DNA of 64,000 nt. It comes from Eledone cirrhosa. Its lineage: Eukaryota. Under the pieces are notes generated by a model. That model saw nothing but the letters and a program-made list of their open reading frames with translations, was not told the origin of the DNA and made no database searches. Both the position numbers and the translations under genes were made by a program. Positions 47,422 to 62,779 of the stretch are shown here, piece by piece; within the stretch, counting starts at the first letter, position 1; each line of letters starts with the position of its first letter. The DNA lies in contig OZ024741.1 of assembly GCA_964016885.1 (NCBI GenBank), positions 316,386,001 through 316,450,000 of the forward strand, given 5' to 3'.

Positions 47422-48254
47422 AACATAGCCATAAATATGCACACGCGCGCACGCATACCGATATACGAACAGCATAGCTGAATGGCTAAGGAGTTCGCTT
47501 CGCGAATTTAGGGTTTGATCCTACTGCGTGACAAGTGTGTTTACCGTGGCTCAGAGACGATCTAAGCTTTGCGATGGGGAAGGGGGTAGGCGAAAATGTG
47601 CTTTGAAGACAAGACAGTCGGTAATAACCCATTTAGGTATTCCTAGTTGACACGAACACGGTTCAACATCACGAAGAAACGATCAAGTGCCCTATATCCG
47701 TCGCCTTATTTCGGTTGACAGAATCAGTGTTGTACCAGACAAAATACGCTACGGTATATAGTAGATATGGATCTTTACGATCTGAGTTCAAATCCCGTCG
47801 ATGTCAACTATGCTTCCTTCCTTCCCGACGGTCGATATTATCGATTTTACCTTCCCCACCAAAATGTTAGAAAATATTGTCATTGGCGGTGGTAGTGTTG
47901 TTGTTGCTGGTGGTGGTGGTGGTTGTGGAAGTGATGCTGCTGTTGTTATTGTTGTTGTTGCAGGTGATGGTGGTAGTGGTGAAAGTGTTGATTAAAGGTG
48001 GGAGAGCTATCAGCAAAATTTGCTAATGAATGAAAGACTCAAGAAAAAGTAAGAGGGGAGAGGGAGGCATGGATGCTATGTTGAGAGAACATGGGCATCA
48101 AAAAATACATAAATAACAGAGAGAAATACACACACACATGTGTTTCTGTGGGAAACAGGAAAAGAGTGCCCCAAAATAGAGTCACTATATATATAGTAAA
48201 AGAAATGACAAGATAAGCACAGAAATGCAAAAACAGTCTTATTAGAATCACGCT

Positions 48255-48403
<149 letters not shown>

Positions 48404-48595
48404 GGTAAAGATTCCATAACTCCTTGTGGAGTCGTACAGGTACCGTCGTGCGGTATGTCTAGGGCAGTTTTAAACCTGGCAGAGCCCAACCCTCTTCAGG
48501 TCTGAACACAGCCGATTTTTTTCTATAGGGGAAGAATCGATCCCAGTACTAGACTGGTACTCTTTTTTATCGACCTCGAAAGGATGAAAGTCAAA

Positions 48596-48636
<41 letters not shown>

Positions 48637-48793
48637 CTTCGTAGTGGAAGAGAATAATGTCCAAACTCATGGTAACGACAGTGTAAATCTGTTTATTCTA
48701 GGGTCGATTTAATCGACTTTCCACTCCCCCAAAATTGCTGGCCTTGTGCCTTAAGTAGAAAAATTATTATTATGAATTTGATATCTCAGTGGA

Positions 48794-48974
48794 TTGGCAG
48801 TATCGGTAGAGGGTCGGACGCCATGCTTTCCAGCATAGTTACGTCCCTTTACGATCTGAGTTCAAATCCCGCCGAGGTTGACTTTGCCTTTCATCCTTAC
48901 GGAGTCGATAAAATAAAGTACCAGTAATGTACTGGTTAATTGCTGGCCTTGTGCCTAAAGTAGAAACAATTATT
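48794..48974 (+). mobile_element. SINE family A
   Basis: ttggcagtatcggtagagggtcggacgccatgc...tagaaacaattatt. Confidence 0.85.
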
Positions 48975-49279
48975 AGCTCAAATTAACATCAAGCCATTAC
49001 TCGCAGCCTTAGATATTCAGGGCGTATCGGAGGGTCCTTGCTATTCCAAGTAGGTATGCCTTTAGAAGTGTTCCAAAAAAGGGAGCTGGGCTAATGGTCT
49101 TTAGCCTATTATTATTATAATTATTGTTGTCAATTGGCTCAGCATTTATTTGACTGGTATTTTATATTTTATCGATGTCGGATGTATGAAATGTAAAAAT
49201 AATAAAAAATAAAAATAATAAAGAAAAATGTTTCACTTCGGTGCGATTTGAACCTACAACATTCGAAGTTATAGTGAAA

Positions 49280-49472
49280 TAATTGTTTCTACTTTAGGCA
49301 CAAGGCCAGCAATTATCCAGTGCATTACTGGTACTTTATTTTATCGACCCCGTAAGGATGAAAGGCAAAGTTAACCTCGGCGGGATTTGAACTCAGAATG
49401 GCAAGGGCCGTAACTCTATACGTCAAAGCATGGCGTCCGACCCTCTACCGATACTGCCAATTCACCGCCTAT
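49280..49472 (-). mobile_element. SINE family A, full length with TSD
   Basis: Flanked by the direct repeat GTTATAGTGAAATAAT (49268-49283 and 49473-49488). Confidence 0.9.
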
Positions 49473-50827
49473 GTTATAGTGAAATAATAATCTCTATGCT
49501 GGAATTTTCATACAGATTAGAGGTGGCAGGGTGTGGGAGAAGGGGTGGTGTTGATAGGGGTTTAGTGAAAAGGTGTAGGAAGAGGGAGGAGGAATGTTCA
49601 ATAAGGTGTCAGTAGTAGTAGTGGTGTTGATGGTAGTGGTATTTGTGGTGTCAGTGGTGGTGGTGGTGTGTTAAGTCCCAGGTCAGTCACTGATCAAGCA
49701 GATAAACTTATGTTCGAAGTTAATGACCATCACCTACTATTATTCTAACAATTTATCCCGTGCCTAGTATTCAAAAAGACTATATGGATTGTGTGATTAA
49801 GGAAGATTTGACTATTTCAATAGATCGACCGATTCATCATTGGTTGGTATGTTGTTCGTGGTGGTGGTGGTGGGGAAAGGTATGCGATGTAAGTGTGGGG
49901 GGGGGGGTAATCTTTTATAGGATCTGGGGCAAGGTTAAGTAGCAGCAATAAGGGAAGGATGATATAGTATTAGTTGTGCTGCTACTGATGATGATGGTGG
50001 TGGTGGTAATGTTGATAATGATGGTGGTGGTTCTGGTGGTGAAGTTGGTGTTACTGGTGTTGATGGTAATGATGGTGATGTTGGTGTTGGTGTTGATGGT
50101 AATGATGGTAGTGGTGATGGTGAAGTTGATGGTGGTGGTGGTGCTAGTTCGTGTAGCCCAACCTTTTATCATCAATCAAATTGCCTGATGGGTTTGCTAA
50201 TGTTCGTATTTTTTTTCTTAGTTATTTGTTTTCGTTTTCACGTTAGCAAGTAGTTTGTTTTTGTAGTTGTTTTATACATTGAAGCAACAGTATTGTGGGT
50301 GGGAGTAGCGCAGATGGCGACGACAGGGACAGCAATAACGGTGAATGTAATGGTGGTGGTGGAGGGAGTAGTCGAAGTGGTAGTGGTGTTGGTAATGGTG
50401 ATGATGATGATGATGGAGGTGGTGCTAGTAACGGTGGTGGTGAGATAGGCGCCTGACTAAGGCAAACTGCACACGTGTGGGCAAGTGCACACAAGCATAA
50501 ACACACTTGTGTTTACATTGAGTAAACGTATGTTTGTGTGTAACAGAATTGTCAAATATGTGTCAATATATGCATCGTTTTATTTTCCCTCCTTTCTTTC
50601 ACCCTTTCCTATTCATATAATATACACACTATACTTACACACACATACATATATATATACATATACATACATATAATGAAAACACGCACACATAAAAGGC
50701 GTTGTCTTAAAATGGCCACAGTCCAATGATTGAAAATAATAAATGAATAAAAGTGCGTATGTATGTATTTATCTATCTACCAATATGTGTGTGTGAAGAT
50801 ATATATATATATAAATGAAAGCTATAG

Positions 50828-50899
<72 letters not shown>

Positions 50900-51560
50900 T
50901 GTGAGTATGCATACAAACAAATGTATGTATGTAAACAAACATACGAAGCCATTAAAACATGACTACATTATATTATATTCTTTTTTTTTTTTAACGGAGA
51001 GGTGAGGATGAAATGTGAGGTGACGATGTTCATGCTTTCCCAAACACAATCACCGGTGTTGTATCTGCAGTGAACTTGAAATTACAAAGAATCGAAACTG
51101 GGTCGCAAGTTTCCGCCCAGCTCTCCACAGCGTCCGCCTAGCAACCGTAAAATATATTGACATACATTTCGCATTAACTTGTACGAAAGCAATAATTATC
51201 CAGGCAGCCTCTCTACCTGGTCGCTCAACCTGCTAGAAGTAACAACCAAATCTCTTTAAGATCATATTCTACTATCGTCTTTTAAAAATGGGGAGGGGAT
51301 AGACACATTGGATAAAATAATTACGGGATCGTCACAACAGGAACACTTTTGATCCCTAGATGTGTATGTGCGCGTTTTAACGTTATTATTGTTTATCCCA
51401 GGTTAATCCAGTTGTAGCACACCTCTATATGGCAAAGGAGCAAGATTAAGTCCTTTTGAAGTCCTAAACACTTAAAACCACACTCCTACATACAGTCTGA
51501 ATCTTATTTTTACAAATTTAATCCAAATAAAATGATACATCTCTTCGCTTATGCCAAAGC

Positions 51561-51760
51561 NNNNNNNNNNNNNNNNNNNNNNNNNNNNNNNNNNNNNNNN
51601 NNNNNNNNNNNNNNNNNNNNNNNNNNNNNNNNNNNNNNNNNNNNNNNNNNNNNNNNNNNNNNNNNNNNNNNNNNNNNNNNNNNNNNNNNNNNNNNNNNNN
51701 NNNNNNNNNNNNNNNNNNNNNNNNNNNNNNNNNNNNNNNNNNNNNNNNNNNNNNNNNNNN
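51561..51760. other. Assembly gap (200 N)
   Basis: Run of N. Confidence 1.
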
Positions 51761-52228
51761 TGACGATGACGGCGTTGGTAGGGATGATAATGAATGATAA
51801 TGAATGATAATGATGTTGGTGGTGACAATAACGAAGATGATGATGACGCCGATCATGATGTGGGAGTGATAATAATGTTGACGATGATGATGATAATGAT
51901 AATGATAATGATGGTGATGGTAGTGGTTGTAGCTGTAGTGGTAGCGGTGGTTAAGGCGATGGTAATTATGATGATAATGACTACAGCGATGACAAGGGTA
52001 ACGATGACAATGACATTAACAAAGACGATGACAATGACAATGACAAAAACGATGACAATGACAATAACAAAGACGATGACAATAACGATAATGAGTGGTA
52101 ATGGTGGTGATGATGGAGATGATGGTAATAGCTGAGGTAGTGGTGGTGGTGATAAAATGATTTGCACGACACAATGACTAACTAATATTAAATTGTTGGC
52201 CTTGTGCCTAAATCAGAAACCATTATTA

Positions 52229-52412
52229 TTGGCAGTATCGGTAGAGGGTCGGACGCCATGCTTTGACGCATAGAGTTACGGCCCTTTATGGTCTGAGTTC
52301 AAATCCCGCCGAGGTTAACTTTGCCTTTCATCCTTACGGGGTCGATAAAATAATGTACCAGTAATACACTGGTCTAATTAATGGCCTTGTGCCAAAAGTA
52401 GAAACAATTATT
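52229..52412 (+). mobile_element. SINE family A
   Basis: Near-identical to the other copies; directly follows the tail of a related SINE. Confidence 0.85.
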
Positions 52413-52929
52413 TGATGGCATGGTTATCATGCTTTGGCCAGTGGAACGATACACATGCACACACTCACATACTAACCACAACAACTGACCCAGTCACCGA
52501 CACACACACACGCACACACACACTAACCACAACAACAGACCCCGTCACAGACACACACACACGACAGTTGATGACTTCTTAGTTTTTCGGTGAGTGGTTA
52601 AATAATAAATAAATGTGTTCTGAATCCATCCATGCTTTGTATATTTGCTATAAAGCGACCACGATGAATGTTGTTTCATAACAATCCATTTTATCATCAT
52701 CATCATTTTCTATTGCCACCAATCTCCACAGCATTGTCACCACCACCATCACCATCATCATCATCCTTCTCGGTATCATCTTTGTTATTATTGATACTTC
52801 TTCATGGCTATCGTCGGGGTGGGTAACTTTGTAATTAACACCCACATCTACCCAGCAGTAACCATGACGAGATGACAAGCAAACTCGGAAGGATGGAAAA
52901 ATAAAATTAATATCGAACTCAGAACGCAA

Positions 52930-53031
52930 AATATATATATATATATATATATATTTTGCGTTCTGATATATATATATATATATATGTATGTATATATATG
53001 TATATATATATATATGTATGCATATATGTAT

Positions 53032-53088
<57 letters not shown>

Positions 53089-53091
53089 TGT

Positions 53092-53125
<34 letters not shown>

Positions 53126-53170
53126 GTATATATATATGTATATATATGTATGTATGTATATATAAATATG

Positions 53171-53208
<38 letters not shown>

Positions 53209-53376
53209 TATGTATATATATATATATGTATGTATATATATATGTATGTATATATATATATATGTATGTATATATATATATGTATGTATATATATATATA
53301 TGTATATATATGTATATATATATATGTATATATATATATGTATGTATATATATATATATATGTATATATATGTATG

Positions 53377-53407
<31 letters not shown>

Positions 53408-53480
53408 GTATGTATGTATATATATGTATATGTATGTATATATATGTATATGTATGTATATATATGTATGTATGTATATA

Positions 53481-53516
<36 letters not shown>

Positions 53517-53854
53517 TGTATGTATGTATGTATGTATGTATGTATGTATGTATGTATGTATGTATGTATGTATGTATGTATGTATGTATGTATGTATGTA
53601 TGTATGTATGTATGTATGTATGTATGTATGTATGTATGTATGTATGTATGTATGTACGTACGTACCTACGTACGTACGTACGTACGTACGTACGTATGTA
53701 TGTATGTATGTATGTATGTATGTATGTATGTATGTATATATATATATATGTATGTATATATATATATATGTATGTATATATATATGTATGTATATATATA
53801 TATATTTATGTATATGTATGTATATATATATATATATGTATGTATATATATATG

Positions 53855-53938
<84 letters not shown>

Positions 53939-54154
53939 TGTATGTATGTATGTATGTATGTATGTATGTATGTGTATGTATATATATATGTATGTAGGTA
54001 TGTATATATATATATGTATATATATGTATGTAGCTATGTATATATATGTATGTATATGTATGTAGGTATGTATATATGTATGTATATATATATATATGTA
54101 TGTATATATATATGTATGTATATATATATATATATATGTATGTATATATGTATG

Positions 54155-54185
<31 letters not shown>

Positions 54186-54186
54186 G

Positions 54187-54221
<35 letters not shown>

Positions 54222-54564
54222 GTATATATATATATATGTATATATATGTATATATGTATATATATGTATATATGTATATTTATATATGTATGTATATATA
54301 TATATGTATATATATATGTATGTGTATATATATATGTATGTATATATATATATATGTATGTGTATATATATATGTATGTATATATATATATATGTATGTA
54401 TATATATATATATGTATGTATATATGTATGTATATATATATATGTATATATATATGTATGTGTATATATATATGTATGTATATATATATATATGTATGTA
54501 TATGTATGTATATATATATATGTATGTATATATATATATGTATGTATATATATATATATGTATG

Positions 54565-54595
<31 letters not shown>

Positions 54596-54649
54596 ATATA
54601 TATATATATGTATATATATATGTATATGTATGTATATATATTATATATA

Positions 54650-54680
<31 letters not shown>

Positions 54681-54716
54681 GTATGTATATATATATATGT
54701 GTATATATTATATATA
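52930..54716. repeat. Compound (TA)n/(TATG)n/(TACG)n microsatellite
   Basis: Direct reading of the sequence. Confidence 0.95.
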
Positions 54717-54739
54717 GTTTATTGGTGTTGTATGTATAT

Positions 54740-54923
54740 ATAATTGTTTCTACTTTTGGCACAAGGCCAGCAATTATCCCAGTGTATTACTGCTACTTTA
54801 TTTTATCGACCCCGTAAGGATGAAAGGCAAAGTTAAACTCGGCGGGATTTGAACTCAGAATGGCAAGGGCCGTAACTCTATGCGTCAAAGCATGGCGTCT
54901 GACCCTCTACCGATACTGCCAAT
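54740..54923 (-). mobile_element. SINE family A
   Basis: Near-identical to 49280-49472. Confidence 0.85.
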
Positions 54924-55464
54924 CCATAATGATGATCCCTTTATTTAAAGAGTTCGTTTCCGATACTTGAGAAAATAAGCGGTTTTGGTTAAGTCGGCTG
55001 AGTATTCTCCGTCGATTTCGACGATGAACACTCCTTTCAGTCATTCAGTCATCTAAGCGCACAACTCGTGAATCAACCTACCTGCAAGTAGCTGAGTAAT
55101 TCATAGACACGTGTACCCGTAGCGTAATTTTAAGCCGAAAAATAAGTGACAATGTGACAAATCTAGGTCTTTGTTTTTACTGGGTTCGATCCATCCAACA
55201 GGCTTCCACACTGTTAGCGTCTACCCAGTTTTACTCACAAGTCTTGGGTTAACCAAAGGTTATAGTAAATTGCCCAATATTCCAGAGTGGAAACTGGAAC
55301 CTCGCGATTATGAAGCGAACTTCTCAACCTTTTAGTCACGCTTGCGTCCTTGGATGTAGAGGGGAAAATAGAATGAACATATTACAGGTACATATCTAAT
55401 TAATAAATTTCTACCAGTCACCTAACAGAGATGAAATCACATATCCAGCATCTCCCTCTCTCTC

Positions 55465-55509
<45 letters not shown>

Positions 55510-55514
<5 letters not shown>

Positions 55515-55675
55515 AACGAGTAGGACCCCGACGGCTGAGCTCAAGCCGTTTCGACGGCTAATTCTGGAGTCCAGTCGGGCGTCCTACTCGTTCCTATTAC
55601 CCACTCTACTACCCTAAGCATTGAGTACTTTGGTGCGTTATGGTCCATCTGGTTCCTTACCACATTTCCTTCGTT
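55510..55675. mobile_element. Penelope-like pLTR fragment with 3' half hammerhead (GUC triplet) and short inverted repeat
   Basis: Minus strand reads GAAA-CGGCT(TGAGCTC)AGCCG-TC-GGGG (55552 to 55526). IR taggaacgagtaggac/gtcctactcgttccta. (TA)n on both sides. Confidence 0.7.
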
Positions 55676-56022
55676 ATATATATATATATGGGGGGGGGGG
55701 TAAAATAAAGTACCACTGAGGTCGATTTAATCGACTTTCCCCTTCCCCAAATTGTTAGTCTTGTGTCTAAATCAGAAACCATTGTAGTAGTAGTAGTAGC
55801 AGTAGCAGTAGCAGCAGTAGTAGTAGATTAAAAGTTTAAGTAAACATTTTCTGCTTTCACTCTATTTGCTCTACGATTATATATATATATATGGGTGTGT
55901 GTGTGTGTGTGTGTGTGTGTTCGTCCTTTAAATATTCTTAAATAGGTGATGATATTGTGATGGAAGAACGGTTGAGAGGTTACATTAGGTAGATGAGGAG
56001 AGAGAGGAGGTGATAGAGGAGG

Positions 56023-56169
<147 letters not shown>

Positions 56170-56862
56170 GAGAATGAGTGAAATGAATGACTGAGTGTAC
56201 ATGTATGAATGAGAGCCATATATAAATATATATATATATAGCTTTCTCTCTCTAGAAAAAGAGAATGAGAGGGTAAAAGGATAGTGTATTACTGAAACAG
56301 AATGTAACTGAAAGAGGGAGAGGAATATAAGATAAATTATAACTTTGAGAGATAGAGAAAGAGCGAGAGAAGGTAACTGAGAGAGAAAGAAAGAAACGAT
56401 AATTAAAGTAAGAAAGAGTAGAAAATTGATTAAGTAAAAAGAAAAGAGAGAGAGGAGAGAAGAGATCGACTATAGGCATTGGGAGAGAGTTGGGCGTGTG
56501 AGAGAGTTAGAGAGTGAAAAAGAGAGGTGAGTGTGTAATATGAGTGAGAGAAAAAACAGAAAGAGTAAGAAATAGATGTAGAAAATACAGTTGAGTAAGT
56601 GATATAAGTGAGAGCGTGAAAGACTTGAGTGTCAGATATGAGTGAGAGAGAAAGAGTGTAGGTGAGAGGATATAATAAGGCGGCGGTGATGGTTTGTACT
56701 GAAAAGTGTCAGAAGGACGTACGTTAAGACTGTAGCCATGTGTACATGGTGACACAAGTTGACACATATACACTCACCACTGCCTCACGAAGTCTATATA
56801 AATATCTATTTATCTATCAATATACACGAACACGTATAACGTGTATGTATATATATATATAT

Positions 56863-57081
56863 ATATTTATTAAAATAACAGATTAAAGTTTAAGCAAAGA
56901 ATCGCTGCTTTCACCCTTAACAGGATCTTCTGAAGATCCCGTTCAGGGTGAAAGCAGCGATTCTTTGCTTAAACTTTAATCTGTTATTTTAATAAATATT
57001 TGCTCTATGGTTTTTATATATTTGATATATATTTATCCTTATCAAGCCCTCTTTGGATTTTAGTCTTCAAATTTATTATTA

Positions 57082-57085
<4 letters not shown>
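56863..57085. mobile_element. Penelope-like pLTR fragment: 137-bp near-perfect palindrome with hammerhead core
   Basis: Arms are 56863-56930 and 56932-56999. CTGAAGA 56930-56936, stem II (T)CCC/GGG, GAAA 56950-56953, stem III GCAG/TTGC, CUU triplet. Further fragments at 58533-58617, 59263-59320 and 60366-60410. Confidence 0.7.
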
Positions 57086-57122
<37 letters not shown>

Positions 57123-57123
57123 G

Positions 57124-57156
<33 letters not shown>

Positions 57157-57162
57157 CATATG

Positions 57163-57209
<47 letters not shown>

Positions 57210-57339
57210 GTACAGTATGCGAAAGCCACTGAATTTATTTCGGCGATCTCTCTCTCTATTTCTCTCTTACACCCCCCCCTCCCCAATGTATACACACTTC
57301 AACAGCATTGTCATCAAAGGGTGTAAAAATGATATGGAC

Positions 57340-57410
<71 letters not shown>

Positions 57411-57995
57411 ACATATCTGTATGTCTGTGTGTCTATGTGCAGTATGCACTATATTCATCGTTTACTTTATACATTGCCACGTGTTTTTGTATAAATATAT
57501 TTGTCAATGTAGACTATACATATATAACGTATACACACATACATATACATCGAGTGTTTAGAAGTCAACAATACAAATTTCTTTTTTAAAATAGGTGACA
57601 TTCATGTCAGTATATATATATACGTAGAAAGTGTATAAATATTACATCAGTACATGCATAAATTAAAAAAAAAGTTGTGTTTATGTCAGTGTGCATGCAG
57701 GACGAATGTATGAGACGACACTAATCCCTATATACATACATGCAGACGATACTTAATAGGAAACACACCAGACAGATTTTCTTTAAAAATATATACACTG
57801 ACAGACATACAAGCACGAGAATATGTGAATCTACATTTGTAGGTTTGTTTATATATATACATTGGAAGAAAGGAAAGAAAGGCAGCCATGACGAGAAATT
57901 ACTAAAGTAGACGTGACTATACATATATCTATACATATATATATATATATATATACATATATCTATACATATATATATATATATATACATATATC

Positions 57996-58027
<32 letters not shown>

Positions 58028-58061
58028 TCTATACATATATATATATATATATACATATATC

Positions 58062-58093
<32 letters not shown>

Positions 58094-58200
58094 TCTATAA
58101 ACATATATATATATATCTATATATATATATATACATATATCTATAAACATATATATATATATCTATATATATATATATATATATATATACATAAATCTAT

Positions 58201-58277
<77 letters not shown>

Positions 58278-58286
58278 CACATATAC

Positions 58287-58340
<54 letters not shown>

Positions 58341-58344
58341 ATAT

Positions 58345-58478
<134 letters not shown>

Positions 58479-58487
58479 CATATATCT

Positions 58488-58534
<47 letters not shown>

Positions 58535-58793
58535 TTTATTAAAATAACAGATTAAAGTTTAAGCAAAGAATCGCTGCTTTCACCCTTAACGGGATCTTCA
58601 AATTTATTTTTATTACTATATATACATATATATATATACATATACGGAGTGTTTAATCGTGTTTATATTTGAGATCAGAAATAAAAATAACAAATAACTT
58701 CTAGAACAAACAATAAACTAACAGAAGACTCAAAAGTTAGCTATACACACATGTATATATATACACATGACTTATGAATGCGTGGTTTTTTTG

Positions 58794-58896
<103 letters not shown>

Positions 58897-59006
58897 TGTG
58901 TGTCGTTTGCTTTGTTATTTCTGTTTACAATTTGCACACACACATAATGTGTGTGTGCAAAAAGTAAACAGAAATAACAAAGCAAACGACACACACACAC
59001 ACACAC

Positions 59007-59042
<36 letters not shown>

Positions 59043-59114
59043 CGACTTTCGTCAAATCGGACCAAGGAAACAATGTTTCCGTTGGTCTTTTCCGTTGGTA
59101 GTACTATCTATCGG

Positions 59115-59249
59115 TCGCAACTCCAGGTAGAAGGAACAGCGTGAAATGAAGTGTCTTGCTCAAGGACATAACGCATCGCCCGGTCCAGGAATCGAATTCA
59201 CAACCTCAAGATCGTGAATCCAATTCTCTAACCATTCAGCCACACGCCT
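59115..59249 (-). mobile_element. tRNA-derived SINE family B head
   Basis: Minus strand aggcgtgtggctgaatggttagag...gaattcgattcctggaccgggcgatgcgttatgtccttgagcaagacactt matches 22349-22450. Confidence 0.8.
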
Positions 59250-59333
59250 ATATATATATATACTAATAATAATAAATTTGAAGACTAAAATCCAAAGAGG
59301 GCTTTAATCTGTTATTTATATATATATATATAT

Positions 59334-59367
<34 letters not shown>

Positions 59368-59563
59368 GTACATATATATATATATAAATATATATATATA
59401 TACAGATATACAGATATATATATACTTATATATATATACATATATATATACATATATATACATATATACATATATATATACATATATACTTATATATATA
59501 CATATATATATATATATACATATATATATACATATATACTTATATATATACATATATATATAC

Positions 59564-59726
<163 letters not shown>

Positions 59727-59950
59727 CATATACTGTATATATACTGTACATATATATATATATATATATATTATATATGTAAACGTGTGCACGCATCATA
59801 TGTGCATGTATTTATAATGGACAAATAACAGGCGATCGCAGCTCCATAGTGAAAATTATATATGAATGTTTATGTATGGATGCATATATACATGTAACAT
59901 ATCATATATACATATATAATATGTAAGTATGTGTGTATATATATATATAT

Positions 59951-60007
<57 letters not shown>

Positions 60008-60188
60008 GCGAAAACTGCACCTTAATGTTGTTTACATGTGAATAAAATAAGAATCTCAGATTATATATATGTACGTATACAAAGGCGTCCATGCACGCAT
60101 ATACAATATATACATACGTTGAAAGACTCCACATTCAACGATTATATCTCTATATACACACACACATACACTGTACATACGTGAGCGC

Positions 60189-60219
<31 letters not shown>

Positions 60220-60406
60220 GTTAATAAATGAAACAAACAAAACACAGGAGGCAATTTTACAGTTATATTAGGTTGGAAGTGGAGGATATATATATATATA
60301 TACACCATGTTTCTAAGCAAAGAGTGTATACACTGTAAACACACGTTTACGTGTATATATATATACAGCGATTCTTTGCTTAAACTTTAATCTGTTATTT
60401 TAATAA

Positions 60407-60438
<32 letters not shown>

Positions 60439-60943
60439 GTATGTACACGTAGTCTTTGGCGTGAGTTGAATTATATATATATATATTATATAGTTTGTTT
60501 GGCTGGCATTTTCCCCCTTTTTGGAGACTTTGGCGTGAGCTGAACTAATATATATATATATATATATATATAGTCTCCAAAAGGGGGAAATGCCAGCCAA
60601 ACAAACTATATACAACAAAATTTCGGTCGCATCATATCCCTAACTGTCTCGTATATTAATGAGAATATATTTTTCTTTTTTCTCACCTTGTTATATATAC
60701 TCAAAGAAACGTTGAGAGAGGTTGACGGAGAATTTGTATAATCGTGGAAGTATGTATATACACATGCAAACATATAGGCATACATATACACATACATACA
60801 TAACAGTATTGCTCTATATATAAATAGAAATACATACTCTACTTTATATTGTGTTCGAATGTATATATGTGTGTATGTATAGTGTGCATGTACATTGTAT
60901 GTATGTATGTGCGTATGATGTATGATGTATGTATGCATATATG

Positions 60944-60984
<41 letters not shown>

Positions 60985-61129
60985 GTATGTATTTATATGT
61001 ACATAAATAATAATCTATGTATGTATGTATGTATATATGTATATACATCCATAGAAGAATAACGATAACAATGACATGAATAATACATAACAATATGTGT
61101 GTATATAAATATATGTATATAATACATAC

Positions 61130-61184
61130 CTCTGTCTTTCCTTTCCAAGAATTCAGCAGCTCTTATTAACTGTTCGATGTTCAT
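61130..61184 (-). CDS. MXD1/MXI1: Max dimerization protein (Mad/Mxd/Mxi1 family), coding exon 1: [18 protein letters not shown] (Sin3-interaction domain)
   Basis: ACC-ATG start context. The peptide matches the Mad SID pattern (MNIQMLLEAADYLERRE). It ends G|GTATGT, phase 1, compatible with the exon at 15816-15906. Confidence 0.88.
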
Positions 61185-61339
61185 GGTTATTTTAGTTAAT
61201 ATTTTTTTCCGAACAACTTTTTTTAGTGTGTTTTGAAATTTTCTTCTCGGACTGGAAAAAAACCTGGTAGTTATGGAGTTGATATCTCTCTGATGGTATG
61301 TAGTAATAGTAACAACACTTTGATCGTATGGTATATAAC

Positions 61340-61460
61340 AGTAATGGTATGGGAAATAACAGTAATGGTATGGTATATAACTATGGTATGGTATGGTATA
61401 TAGTATGGTATGGTATGTTATGATATATGTTATGATATGGTATAGTATGGTGTGGTATGG
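61340..61460. repeat. (TATGG)n pentamer repeat just upstream of the Mxd start
   Basis: Direct reading of the sequence. Confidence 0.8.
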
Positions 61461-61568
61461 AATATATATTTGATATGTGAGTTGTATATATATACATATA
61501 TTTGAATGTTTTTGTGATTATATACATATATACATCTATATAATATATATATAGTATATATATATATT

Positions 61569-61677
<109 letters not shown>

Positions 61678-62612
61678 TATGTACGTGTTGTGTGGTTGCT
61701 GGTGGTAACTCTGTCACACAATATGAATTGTGTATATAGATATATATGTGTATATATATATATATATATGTGTGTGTGTATGTGTACGTGAATTTGTATT
61801 TAGTGATGAACAGATGGATGGATAGATGGATGGATGGATGTTAAAATATATACATATATATGTGTATATAGTATATATATACACGCAAATGAAAGATTTA
61901 ATACATGTGTATGTGTTTATGTGTAGTTTTTTTCTGTTTCTATGTAAATGTATAAATAGACATTTATATACTCATGTATATATATACAAATATATATACA
62001 TGTCAATCTCTATATGTTGTATAAATATATAAATATATAAATGTATAAATATATATATATGGTTATATGTATATATACATATATATATATGCTTACAGTT
62101 AACAAACGTGGTCTGATGTTGGTTTATGTGTATAATTTTCCACTTTTCCTGTATTTGTCAACTTGGTATATAGATGCATATATACACACTGTGTATGTAT
62201 GTCTTTCCTCTGTATATACACTCTCTTGCTCTCCCTCTCTCTCCGTATATCTAACTCTCTTTTTCTCTCATTGACACTTTGGTAAAATGTCACAAGAGAA
62301 CCATGTGAAATGACAATGTCTCTATGTGTAAAATATACACACGTGTATCTTCTTTGTCAGTGTGTATTTACATACATGTGTATTTCATATATACACATAT
62401 ATATATTACACACTGTATATACACATATATGTATATATATTTGCCCCTATATACATATATCATTCACTCTCTCACACACACTCTCTCTTTCGTTTTTTCT
62501 CTACGTGTATGTGCCTGTTTGTGAGTGTGTATACATATATACATATATTCTGGGTGTGTGGCTGAAAGCATATACATACATGCAAGTATATGTATGTAAG
62601 TGTATATATAAA

Positions 62613-62656
<44 letters not shown>

Positions 62657-62779
62657 TGTGTGTTTGTGTATATGTCTGTGTGTGCAAGGTGTAGAGAGAG
62701 AGAGAGTGAGAGAGAGAGTCGATGCAATTGTAAACACAACAAACTATATATATCACTGCTCGTTTTATTGCTGTTGCTG

